Shown here one piece after another: positions 52,657 to 64,000 of a DNA stretch of 64,000 nt. A program made the position numbers and the translations under genes. The notes under the pieces are model-generated. The model searched no databases. It was not told where the DNA came from and was given only the letters and a program-made list of their open reading frames with translations. Each line of letters begins with the position of its first letter. Within the stretch, counting starts at the first letter, position 1. Source of the stretch: Eledone cirrhosa (Eukaryota); NCBI GenBank assembly GCA_964016885.1, contig OZ024740.1, positions 44,392,001 through 44,456,000 of the forward strand, read 5' to 3'.

Positions 52657-52762
52657 ATATATCATCATCATCATCATCGTTTAACGTCTATCTTCCATGC
52701 TAGCATATATATTTGATATAATCAGGCACAAGACATGGCATGAATAGCTATCATATATATGC

Positions 52763-52822
<60 letters not shown>

Positions 52823-52861
52823 GATATTAATAGATGGAAACTATATTTATAAAACCATATC

Positions 52862-52926
52862 TATTTCATTATATATATTTCAAGGATACCAAGTTACATT
52901 ATGGTATGCCTTCATCAGACAAAATA
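52862..52926 (-). ncRNA. Minimal type-I hammerhead ribozyme motif (Penelope pLTR-type), copy A
   Basis: Minus strand: UAUUUUGU [stem I] CUGAUGA AGGCAUACCA-uaauguaacu-UGGUAUCCUU [stem II] GAA AUAUAUAU [palindromic stem III] A^ AUGAAAUA [stem I']. The core is intact; predicted cleavage is after AUA at 52870. Confidence 0.78.
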
Positions 52927-54600
52927 CAATATATAACAGTTTTAGAAATAGACATTGACGTACCCCTTTAAAAATTGACCGTTGTTGTTGGAGGCCATCA
53001 GGATAGTGATTTGTTTACTTTAGTAAGTCATAGTGTTAAGAGTAAGTAAAAAGATGGAGAGAGAGAAACGTGGAGAAAAGAAGGGGAGAGATAGATAAAG
53101 AAAAAGAAGAAAGCAAAAAGAAAAGAGAACAGAGGAAAAATAACGGGGAGATATCAAACCATCAGACAGAGAAAAAATCCAGAGAGAGATATATAGAGAT
53201 AGAGAGAGGGGGGGAGAGAACGAAAACCTTAAGTTATGTCATATTAAGTTGAGTTAACAATTGGGATGAAAAGCATAAATAAAATTAGAAATATTAATAT
53301 TCATGAATGGAATATAGATATATAATATGAGAAATTACACATTGTTTAATTATGATTAGATATTTAGTTTAAAATTGAGATCAATATATTAAAAATTGGA
53401 ATTTAAACATTATAAAATATAAAATATATATATTGCTAGAGAGATTATCTATCGCATATTACATATACATAGGCAAAGGTACATAAATATATATATATAC
53501 ACACTCACTCAGAAAATACACATTATATCTACTCCCGCACATAATATATATATACAAAGCATAAGTGATTTTTTATTTATTGCCATAAATTCCGTGTTAT
53601 TAATTAAAATTAAAAGTTTTTAGTATATATATAGGATTAACTTTCATGCATTTATGGCTGTTAAGTTATGCATATCTGCAATCAAAAACTGCATGTGTAA
53701 GCCTGTACATTCACATCCATAATTCTTAGCTATACATGAATATATATGTGTGTGCATCTTCAATTGGTATACACACGTCACTCATGCATATATACAGACA
53801 GACATATAATCATAAAAAAGCATATAACACATGTATATGTATGTCAACACACACATAGTACAATTGAGTATATAAAATACAAAAGGATTATATTTTGGAA
53901 ATATAATTATATCAATATAACTTAAAAAGCAAACGAATTCTACAAATATCAAAATACTAAAATATCCCAAAATATTATAGAATATTTTAAGTTAAAATAA
54001 TATGTTTAATATATTTAGTATAGAAATTAATCTTACGTATATTTTAATCAAGATATTGAAAGGACAAACTTTTGAAAATTATGAGAAGCTATCAGAATAA
54101 AAACAAATCTAATAAAAACAAATCTAATAAAAATCTAATAAAAATAAAAATAAAAAATAAGATGAATCTAATAAAAAAAATAAATAAAATGAATCTAATA
54201 AAAAATAAATCTAATAAAAAATAAAATATTATATCAATATAACTTAAAAAACAAGGATTCTACAGATATCAAAATATTAAAAAGTTTAAAAATAAAAGAA
54301 ATTTTTTTAAATCTTTAAAAAAATTTATTTTTTTAATTTTAAAAATTTTTTTTTAATTTTAAATTTTAAAAAAATTTTAAAAACTTTTAAAATATTATAG
54401 AATATTTTAAGCTAAAATAATATGTTTAGTATAGAAATTTATCTTTCGTATATTTTCTAGAATAGTTTATTATATTTATAATTATATTTATGAAGAAAAT
54501 TTATACTTGGGTACTTAACCAAAGAAAATGAAAAAGGTGAAGGAATCTAATGATTTATCGACAGGTTACATATATTAACTAAATTACTTAATTAATTAAA

Positions 54601-56590
54601 CTACATTTTAAATTTATATTTATATTTAAACGTTGAGTTCAATCTATGTCTGCAGCAACTGAATAAATTATTCCTTAAATTAAGGGAATTTTTGGACTTT
54701 AATATAAAAAATATTTCCTCTATACAAAGGTCACAATTTTCTGAAGAGGAATTAAAAGGAGTAGCTTTTGAAATAATATTCCAAATCAGCGAATATTCAA
54801 CATCATCTCGTTTTAGGTCCCATAATAGGCTAGATAGCGAAGTTGAAGATTTTTTGTTTGGATCTGTAAAAGAATGTTTATGATTATTGAAGCGGGATTT
54901 AAATTCTGTAGAGGTAGAACCGACATAGTTAAATGAATTTAAATTAGTTTTAACATTACAATTATAAACTACATTTTTAGCTAAGCAGTTGTTATTTAAC
55001 GGACAGTTGGATTTATTTCTACAGTTACAGTTATTCGATTGAATATTGCTTGGGTTATTATTGGTATTTTGGTTAGGTTTTAAATTTCTATTATTAATTC
55101 TATTAATATTTTGCGCTAAATTTTTGGTGGAAGAGTAGGTTAATTTTATAGTATGTCTATTAAAAATTGAGTAATATTTATGTGTTCTAGGGAATCGTTT
55201 GTCAAGAGCTTTAAAGAATAGTTTAGCAATAGGGGTTTTAATATTTAGTGAGAAAGGGGGAGCGAACCATAATATATTCCTAGTTCTATTTCTTTTTCGG
55301 CTTTCGGAGTTATAGTAATATTTTCTATTATGGTTGTTGAAATTGTTACCATAATTAAAGTTGTTATTATTTTGGTTATTATGTATATTATTATTATTAT
55401 CGATGTATTTAATTTTATTTCTATACCCAGCTCTACCTAACGCTTCATTGTAATAATGCGCTTTTTCATCAAATATATTCTTATTAGATGAAATTCTTGA
55501 AATTCGTTCTTGAACAGAGTTCACTATAGTATTTTTAACGGATCTGGGGTGATTAGAGTTAAAATTGACATAATTTAAGTTCTCATTTAGTTTGTGAAAT
55601 GGATAATGAAGACATGTGTTGAGATTTAGTGTTACATCTAGAAAATTGACTATTTTATGGTTATTCTCTATTTCTACTTTTAGATTAAGGTAATTAAAAA
55701 ATTGTATAATTTGTTTTCTTTTTCTATTTAGTTCACAGCTATTATTTTCTATAAGTAAAAGCATGTCGTCACGATATAAGCCTCCGGTTACATCTGGTAT
55801 TTTTCTATGTAGAGAATTAATTATAAATAAGCCCACAAGGTCCGTTACCTGAGCTGAGTCTGAAGATCCCATAGTTATGTCGAAATTATTATTTCTATCT
55901 GCCCTAGTCCAGAGTTGGTTATTAAATTCTATTAACGTTTTCCGTGCCGATAATATAATGTGCATTTCATTGCTAGTTAGGTCTGTATGTTTAAATGCGT
56001 AAGTTAGTGCCTTATTCAGTAGATTAGGAGTGATAGATGAGTAGTAGTTAGCAATATCCAACTGAATAAACTTATTATTATAGTTATATTTAATTTCTTT
56101 AAACCAATCGATAACCTCACTAGTCCCTTTCCATAATTTTAAGTAAGATAAATTAGGTAAATTCTTAATTTGTTGTATTACTCTGTCTAGAATATTTTTG
56201 CTAAGTCTGCCCAGGTCAGATTTAGATGGTGCAATTAATCTGGTAAATCATTTTCAAAGTTTCTTTTATGATCCTTCATATTGATCTTAGGTTTCCTTGG
56301 CATGAAGGGTTGTGTTTTATTTTCAATGTCTAGTTCATGCATTATACAAGAGGCATCTGTATTCAGTTTTTCAAGTTCGTCCTTATTTGCTACTTTATAT
56401 TTCTTCCTTAGTTCCTTCAATATAAGGTCGTTATAAATGTCCTTTTGTATTCCGTAAAGATTATTAGTTTTGTTCGACTTGACTAGAATTTTCTCCGCTT
56501 TCTCCAAGTTTTCAATCTTATCCTTAATATCTCTTAAGTAATCTTGGCCTTTGAAGTTGTTTTTGAATTTGATGCTTTGGATGATAGATA
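54601..56590 (-). mobile_element. Penelope-like element ORF (RT + Cys-rich linker + GIY-YIG endonuclease), 5'-truncated, one frameshift near 56240
   Basis: KDHKRNF / RLIAPSKSDLGRLSK.ILD / LWKGT..VI.WF / IQLDIANYYSSI / FDITMGSSDSAQVTDLVGL / GLYRDD / VNFLDVTLNL / SNHP / WFAPPFS / CNCRNKSNCPLNNNCL / VVYNC..YVGST..FKSRFNNH / CDLCIEE / CCRH. 486 codons are uninterrupted. It abuts (TA)n at ~56592-56675. Confidence 0.93.
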
Positions 56591-56677
<87 letters not shown>

Positions 56678-56813
56678 CAGCAGGGATATTCAATTTGTTG
56701 GTAATTCAACAAATATAAATGTTTATAACTGATTCAGAGCACTCGACAAGTTTTCTGAAGTATAATATTCAATGATATTAAATAAATGGAAACTATATTT
56801 ATAAAACCCTATT

Positions 56814-56874
56814 TATTCTATTATATATATTTCAAGGGTACCAAAATTTTGGTACGCTATCATCAGATAAAATA
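56814..56874 (-). ncRNA. Minimal type-I hammerhead ribozyme motif, copy B
   Basis: Minus strand: UAUUUUAU CUGAUGA UAGCGUACCA-aaauuu-UGGUACCCUU GAA AUAUAUAU A^ AUAGAAUA. It lies in a ~110-140-bp diverged direct repeat of 52822-52960. The first stem-II pair is a U-U mismatch. Confidence 0.72.
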
Positions 56875-57190
56875 CAAAATGTTTTTATAAATATTTGACA
56901 TAACCAAGGATAATATACCTTAACGGTTCAAGTTATCCCTGGAAAGGGAAGGGAAGAGAAAAAAAAACAGATATTTAAAATTATTAATATGATTATGCAA
57001 ATGAGGTTTATGTAAAAGGGCTGAAAAAAACGTTATTTTAGACGCTATGGAAAATTTAAATAATTATGATAAGTTATTGTATGTGTAGGAAGGAAGAGAG
57101 GGGAATAAGGTTAATTTGGGGGAAAAAGATTTGTTACCTATATTATGAGTTATAATATTGTATATATAATCATATTGTATATATATATAT

Positions 57191-57476
57191 TTCGTAGACA
57201 TTTTTTCACGCACAGAGTTGCTGAAGCATGGAACAAACTGCCTGCGTCAGTTGTTAGCTACCGAGACACTGCATCCTTTAAGACACTCATGCTTCCCGAA
57301 ATACGCCAAAACTACACCTGATGTACCCCTTCCATACACATGCACACGTGTGTATCATGACTCATGCACTGTTCATTTTCCTGACGTTTGTACATTACCC
57401 TATGTACTATACATACACTTTTTGATGAGTTGTAGTGCACCTGAGCACTGTACACAATATTTCATTATTATTATTA
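57191..57476 (+). mobile_element. CR1-type LINE 3' end with (ATT)n tail and ~20-bp TSD
   Basis: RRHFFTHRVAEAWNKLPASVV...SFK fits the CR1 C-terminal motif 'FF..RV...WN.LP..VV'. Flanking TATAATCATATTGTATATAT at 57165-57184 and 57475-57494. Confidence 0.85.
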
Positions 57477-57619
57477 TAATCATATTGTATATATGATCAT
57501 ATATATATATATATATATACGTATATGATGTCATCAGATACAATGCATGATACCAAATTAATGTCAGCTATCTAACATATATGGCTTTTATCAAATATTT
57601 CATTGATAACGTCCTCTCT

Positions 57620-57800
57620 CCATAATTATCATCTTCATCATCATCATCATCACCATTATTTATATCACCTTCGTCAACACCATCATTTTCATCATCACCT
57701 ACATAATCCACCACAATCACAACAACCACTATGACAATCACCTCATCATCACCATCACAACCATCACTACAAGCCTCCACACCATCATCATCATCATTCC
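57620..57800. repeat. Degenerate (CAT)/(CAC) microsatellite
   Basis: Directly visible CATCAT/CACCAT/CAACCA low-complexity tract. Confidence 0.85.
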
Positions 57801-57832
57801 CAGTTTTCTTCATTTCTTATCCTGTATGTATA

Positions 57833-59810
57833 TCATCATCATCATCATCGTTTAATGTCTATCTTCCACGCTAACAGGGGTTTACACAGGAATTGTCCCA
57901 TTTGAGGCAAGATTGGTTGTCTTGCTCAGGACTGTCTGGCAGGATTTCTACGGCTGGATGCCCTTCGTAACACCAACCACATTTACAGTGTGGACTGGGA
58001 GGTTTTTACCGTGTTACCTACACGGCCACATTACAGCATCGATTGTATGTTTTTTTGTCGTGACACCCACACGACCTCATTTATTTTGGACTGGATGTTG
58101 TGGTACCAACATAACTTTACAGAGAATGAGGTGGTGTACATGGGGGTGGGGGTAGGGATAGTGGGATGGGTGTGTATTTTTGGTTAAGAGGCGCCTACCG
58201 ACTGTAGGTTTCGCTTTGTACTTAGCAAGGTGGGTCTTCTGTATTACTGCGTAGCGCCAAAGATCTTGGTCCAGTGACATTGTCTTGGAGAGGTGTAAGT
58301 GTGTAAGGTCGGAATTTATCAAGTTGTCCCAGGTTTTTCTGTGTCTGCCTACTCCGTAACTTCCATCTATTTTGATCACCCTGCACTTTTTTATACAGCT
58401 GTCATCTTTCATGCACATCACGTGACCATACCAACGTAGTCTTCTCTCGAGTAAACAGCATCTGATCCCTCTTATTCCTAATTTCTCACTTAGTTCATCT
58501 ATGCTTTGCCATTCACGTATATAAATATTACACATCCAACAGAGCATGCAAGCTTCATTCATCTCCAGTCTGCGCAGATCCTCTGCACACAATGCCCATG
58601 TCTCACTGCCATGTAACATTGCTGTTCGTATGCAGGCATCATACAGTCTGCCTTTCATTTTAGAGAGAAACCTTTAGCGGCCAATAGTGGTATAAGCTCT
58701 CTGAACTTTTTCCATCCCGTTCTGACTCTGGCTACTGTACTTTCAGAGCACCCTCTACCACTGCTGATTTTGTCACCCAGGTAACGGAAGGTGTCCACTA
58801 TTTCTATAGAACCATCTGGGCAATGGAAGGAGCTAGTATCCTGTGGGCACTTGCTACTACTTATTGCACCTGAGCACCGGCCACATATAAAATCTATGTT
58901 CTTAGTTAGCTTACCTGTGATCCCACTACATCTTTTATGTACCCATACTTTGCATTTGGGACATAAAATGGAGTTTCTGCCTACTCCTTTCCTACACACT
59001 GAGCATGGCCATTTCCCAGATGGGACTAGTGCCCTATTTTCCTTCCTACATACTAGAACTTTAGTCTTAGACAAGTTAATTTTAAGGCCTTTTGATTCTA
59101 GGCCATGCTTCCATGTTTGGAATTTCTTGTCTAGTTCAGCCATTGATTCAGCTATGAGCATTAGATCATCTGCGTATAGAAATTCCCATGGGCAGCCGGT
59201 CTTGAACTCCTCTGTTATAGCCTGAAGGGCAATAATAAATAGGAGGGGACTAAGGACAGAGCCCTGATGAACACCAACTTTTACGCTAAATTCTTCACTA
59301 TATTCGTTGTTAATTCTAACCTTGCTGACTGTTTCTTTATACATGGCTTGTATAGCTCTCACAAGCCATTCATCAACACCTAGTTTTCTAAGAGCCCACC
59401 AGATAATGGAGCGGGGCACTCTGTCAAAGGCTTTCTCCAAGTCGACAAAAGCTAAGTATAGGGGTTTACTTTTAGCTAGGTACTTCTCCTGTAGTTGTCG
59501 TATAAGGAAAAGAGCATCTGTGGTACTTTTACCTGACACAAACCCAAACTGCATTTCATCTAGATCAATTCGCTCTCTGATTAGTCGTGCTATAACTTTT
59601 TCTGTGACCTTCATGACCTGGTCAATTAATTTAATGCCTCTATAGTTTCCCCTATCTAGGGCATCTCCTTTATCCTTGTAGCAGTTAATGATAATGCTGC
59701 TACGTCAGTCATTTGGTATGACCCCATTCTGTATGACTTGGTTTACTATCCGGGTGACCATAGTGTGTCCCACCGATCCAGATGCTTTCAGCATTTCAGC
59801 AACTATCTCC
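57833..59810 (-). mobile_element. 5'-truncated RTE LINE, same family as 47196-50455, retaining a PHD-like Cys/His insert
   Basis: RT near-identical to the first copy (EKAFDRVPRSIIWW, GVHQGSVLSPLLF, LYADD). Contains CSVCRKGVGRNSILCPKCKVWVHKRCSG...FICGRC and FRYLGD. 1-bp frameshift at ~58657; (TGA)n tail. Confidence 0.95.
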
Positions 59811-59827
59811 GTATATATATATAAAAT

Positions 59828-61930
59828 ATGAAGTCTGTCTGAAAAGTAATGAGACTGGTGTCACAGACAATTTATTTCAATTCCAAACAACAAACTAAGT
59901 AGTTTCTACTTCTACTTTGATGCTAAACCCTGCCAGTTGCAGACTGCGCATCAGCATGAGATATTTTTCTCCACAAAATTCAACCACCAACAGCAGAGTT
60001 TAAAGAGCAAAGATCAAGTTCAGTCCATAGGTTGACATTATCAAGCCATCGTTTTGACTGCCGGCCTCTGCTCCTCTTACCAAGCAACCTTTCTTCCAGG
60101 CATAACCTACTCACACCACAAGTTGATCTTTTTATATGACCGTATAGTTTGAGTACTCTTGACTTGACAATTGATGTAATTGGTCTAAGTTTGGTAATGT
60201 TGAGCAGCTCACTGATACAGATATGGTCGCTGACCCTCTTACCAGTCATAAGTCTCATGATGTGATTCTGGAATGTAGAGAGCTTCTGAAGTGATCTTGT
60301 CATCCAATTAACACAGTCAAGACCATATAACACAACTGGTAGGATGTAAGTATCAAAGATCTTAGCCTTCAAATGATAGGAAACTTGTTTTGATGTTAGT
60401 AGTTCCTCGTTCTTGTTGAAAGCTGCCCAACCTAGAGTGATGCGATACTGTGCAGCAACCATTCCATTGTTGTTTAAAGATAGTTTGTGACCGAGATATA
60501 CAAACTCCATAACTTGAGCAATTTGCTGGTTGTAGATTGTGAGTTAGAGATTGGCATTGTTTTTATCAGTTGTCATACACTTTGATTTGGAGATGTTGAT
60601 GTGTAAGCCAGCCTCCAGCGAATGTTTCGTCAGTACATTCAGAAAATATTGCAGATCAGTTCTAGAGTAGCTCATGATGACCAGATCGTCTGCATAGCTA
60701 AGATTTGATAGGATTTTACCTCCTATTTGATAGCCAGAGGAGCATAATTCTTCAATTTGGTAGGTAAGTGCAGCTATAGCTATACAGAAAAGAAGGGCTG
60801 ATAGTACAACCCCCTGATTAACTCTCTTCAAGATGTCTATACACTGTGTAGTTCCCAAATCTGTTTTGATATATGCTGTTGAGTTGGTGTAAGTTTCTTT
60901 CTGTAGGTTGATGTATTTTTTGTTAATTGAAGTCTTATGTAAGAGTTGCCACAAGCTGGATAGTTTCACGTTGTCAAAAGCTTTTGTTGAATTCTATTGA
61001 TTTCTCAATGATTAGTTCAATAGCTAGGATCTGCTCAATGGAGCCTCTTCTATGTTGATACACACCTTGTGTTTCAGGAAATGAGGCGTAAAGGTCTGAC
61101 CTCACTCGTGCTGTAATGATACTCATGAAAAGCTTGTAAACGTGACTCAGTAAGCTGATAGGATGATAGTTTCCACAATGAAGTCTGCAACCTTTTTTGT
61201 AGAGTACAACTATTAATGCTTTCTTGAACATGTCTGGGCTTTTTCCTGTAGTGATAATACATTTAAAATATTTTTGAAGTGCTTTGATAATTGGTTCACC
61301 TCCAGCTTTGATGAATTCTGAGTATATGTTGTCCAGTCCAGAGATTTTTCCTTGCTTCAAATTTTTTATGGCATGAGATATCTTGCTAGCTAAGATAGAT
61401 GGAATGGCATCTGATGTCGAATCATGAATGGTTGCTGGTTCTGAGTTGCTGAAGTACAGTTCTTCATAGAATTTACCCCAGCATTCAAGGATATCATCTT
61501 TGGAAGTAAGGATAGTATTGTTTGAATCTTTAATGCCTCAGCTAAGATTTCTTGGTTTAGTCTTTAGTTTCTTCAGAACAACATGATATAACCTGTTGGT
61601 TATATGATGCTGTTCTGGTGGTTTTCCCTTTAACATAATCCCCTTTGAGTCTAATACAAGTTTCCATCATTCTCTGCCATGCTTCTATGCACTTCTGAAA
61701 GGATTCTACTGGGATGACCTTCAGCATCTAAACTTAAACCCAACAAACTCAATCCATTGCACGCATTTGATAATGTGGATCTTTATAATACAAACTGAAA
61801 TACAATTGCTCATAATCTTGTTGATCGGTCCTTCAGGCACCCATTCACTTTCACAAACATTAAAACATCCTGACAAATATTTGTGCATAAAGCTGCAGTT
61901 ATTTCTTCAAACCACACTACATCATGTTCC
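59828..61930 (-). mobile_element. Decayed mariner DNA transposon remnant split by a LINE insertion
   Basis: TIR-like TATGAAGTCTGTCTGAAAAGTAATGAGACT at 59828. Minus-strand LKVIPVESFQKCIEAWQRMMETCIRLKGDYV at ~61630-61725 fits the mariner C-terminus W..R...C....GDY. EWVPEG at ~61830-61850. Confidence 0.6.
59960..61600 (-). mobile_element. Decayed RTE-like LINE RT fragment of a third family
   Basis: GKISGLDNIYSEFIK, LYKKG..CGNYHPISLLS, NQGVVLSALLF, LSYADD, EFVYLG, LKLYGHIKR, GKRSRGRQSKRWLDNV; several frameshifts. Confidence 0.88.
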
Positions 61931-62734
61931 ATGAACAAGTCTAAGTGCAGAGGGCTGCCTAGAGTAAAGGAATTTCTTAGAAAAATGCAAACACTTAACT
62001 GAAATCAACCAATTAAAATTTTAAACTGCAGCAACACCCTCATTTGCCACTTTCCTCTCACCCCAATCATTTTCATCCTTCCTCAATACATGACCCAACC
62101 ATCTCATTCTATTTGTTTTACAGGGTGTACTGCATGCATTTTATTGTGACACCAGCACTAACACTTTACTGAGTACACTGGGTGCATTTCATTCTAGCAC
62201 CAGCACTACCACAGTGCAGTGTACACTGAGTGCATTTTAATTGTAGCACCAACACTACCACTTCACTGGTATATTTTATTGTAGCACCAGCACTAGAGAG
62301 ACTGTCATATCTTTAATATCAGGTAAACTTAATAGACTTAATCTGTCAACCAGTTTAACACCACCACATGACCCTTGGGTGCTTTTAGTAGAGTCTACTC
62401 TGCTGCACTTTAGAGTAGGTCTCTCCCCCACTACAGAGACCCTGAAAAGAGTCATGAGTACAGTCCTTCCTCTTCCAAAATGAACAGTAAAAAAAATATA
62501 TATTAAAATTTGTTTTTATTGTTGTTTAGCTCCAAGTCAGTCCTAATGAAACAGAATTTATTATCAAAGTTCTGTGTCATTAGGACTGATGACCATTGGA
62601 CAATTTTGTGTAACTACCACTACATTATCCAATGTACCCTTCCTTTTTCAAGATTTGAGGTAATTTGGTTGCTGCTTCAAGCAGTATGTGCACAGAGTCT
62701 TACTCAGCTTATATATAGATATCTAAATTTAGCA

Positions 62735-63644
62735 TGTATGTTTGTGTGTATGCATATGTGTAGGTGTATGCTTGGGAATGTGTGCATTCACATGTGTGTG
62801 TGTGTGTGAGAGCATATGTGTGTATGTGCATGTATGTGCGTGTGTGTGTGTTTATATGTATTGGACTGCCAGCCTTTAATGCTGTGTGTACAAACCTTCT
62901 ACGACCATATTGCCAATATTTTTTAAGATGGTTAGGTATGATTGATTTGAGGGAATTTAACTGCTATTTCTAGCAGGTTCAATTATTAACACAGCTCAGA
63001 TTTAAATATCTAAATTTAACTTGTATCTTTGTGAGTAGGTGTGTGCTTGCGTGTACACATGTGTAGACGTCTGCATGTGTTTAGGTGTCTCCATGTGTGT
63101 ATGTACATGTGTGTGTTTGTATATTTGTGTGTATGTTTGTATTTGTGTATGTGTTTGTATGTTTGTGGCTATGCGTGTATGTAACTGCTTATGTTTATAT
63201 GTGCATGATTAGTGTGCATATAAATGTTTCTATGTTTCAGAGTATTTGTATTTGCATGTTTATGTGTATGTGTGTATGTGAATGAATCTGTATATATGTT
63301 TGTATGTATATGTGTAGTGTGTATGTGAATGTGTCTATGTTTGTGTGAGTGTTTATATGTATGTGTGTATTGGGCAGCCAGGCTTTAGTGCTGTAAGTAC
63401 AACAGACCTACTCTAAGAAGTATTATGTTGCAGTTGAAAGCAACACAATTATCTCAACATGCCTCACTTGAGCTAGCTAACATATAGAAATAGGTGCTAG
63501 GTCTTCTGTAAACATTCTTACATTTCGCTTCTACCCAAAGATAGCAACAGAAATCTATTCTATTGTTGCTTAATCTTCAATAGAAAACTTGTACATGCTT
63601 TATCTATATTTCGATTTGTGTCTGTGTAAACATATATATATATA

Positions 63645-63691
<47 letters not shown>

Positions 63692-63833
63692 ATATACATT
63701 TATATATACACATATGTGTGGGTGGGTGTGTTTATGAGATTGTATATATATAATGTGTGGGTGGGTATGTGTATTACCTATTTAGATTATGTATATGAGT
63801 GTGCATGTAGGCATGCATATATGTATATATATA

Positions 63834-63883
<50 letters not shown>

Positions 63884-63945
63884 TATATATACATATATGT
63901 ATGTATGTATGCATGTATGCATGTACATGCATATGTATGTATGAG
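62735..63945. repeat. (TG)n/(TATG)n/(TA)n microsatellite-rich region
   Basis: Directly visible; explains the VCVCMY and IYIY ORF-track entries. Confidence 0.9.
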
Positions 63946-64000
63946 TTGAGAAGAAAACCTAGATATAAGAGGAATCATAAGTGGTGTGTAGCAGAGAAGA

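Noticed and set aside
54601-55100. Possible selenocysteine recoding, as reported for some Naiad PLEs
   Set aside because: The conserved Cys positions are TGT/TGC and the ORF has no in-frame TGA.
56524-56732. IYIYIY-containing ORFs, including the apparent N-terminus of the PLE ORF
   Set aside because: Read-through of a (TA)n tract; PLE homology starts at ~56590.
57495-57545. Third CTGATGA on the minus strand with a TA-rich hairpin
   Set aside because: No GAAA follows the stem, even after removing the adjacent CR1 insertion, so the hammerhead core is incomplete.

Overview
AT-rich eukaryotic genomic DNA. The SINE, RTE and MITE repertoire resembles cephalopod (Octopus-like) genomes, but that is inference. 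I found no prokaryotic genes, rRNA, real tRNA genes or CRISPR arrays. About 62% of the window (641-40514) is one satellite array of a 42-bp monomer (ATGTCTAGTAACACTACCTATGTTTCTAGTGATACTATATAC) with a frequent 41-bp variant. The array is hierarchical: 21-bp half-units, 42-bp monomers, 2.1-3.0-kb blocks, and a ~7.6-kb higher-order repeat in about three copies. It has an inverted ~0.9-kb block at its left edge and an older, TE-invaded distal zone. The ORF-track entries inside it are repeat artefacts. The rest (40.5-64 kb) is intronic. It holds two minus-strand phase-1/1 exons of a fibronectin-type-III-domain gene (titin/obscurin/twitchin-like) among decayed retroelements: RTE LINEs, a CRE-like RLE element, CR1-like ends, tRNA-derived SINEs, TTAA MITEs and a mariner remnant. 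It also holds a Penelope-like RT/GIY-YIG element bracketed by two minimal type-I hammerhead ribozyme motifs in the same orientation as the host pre-mRNA. All coordinates were read by eye; decayed-element boundaries are approximate.
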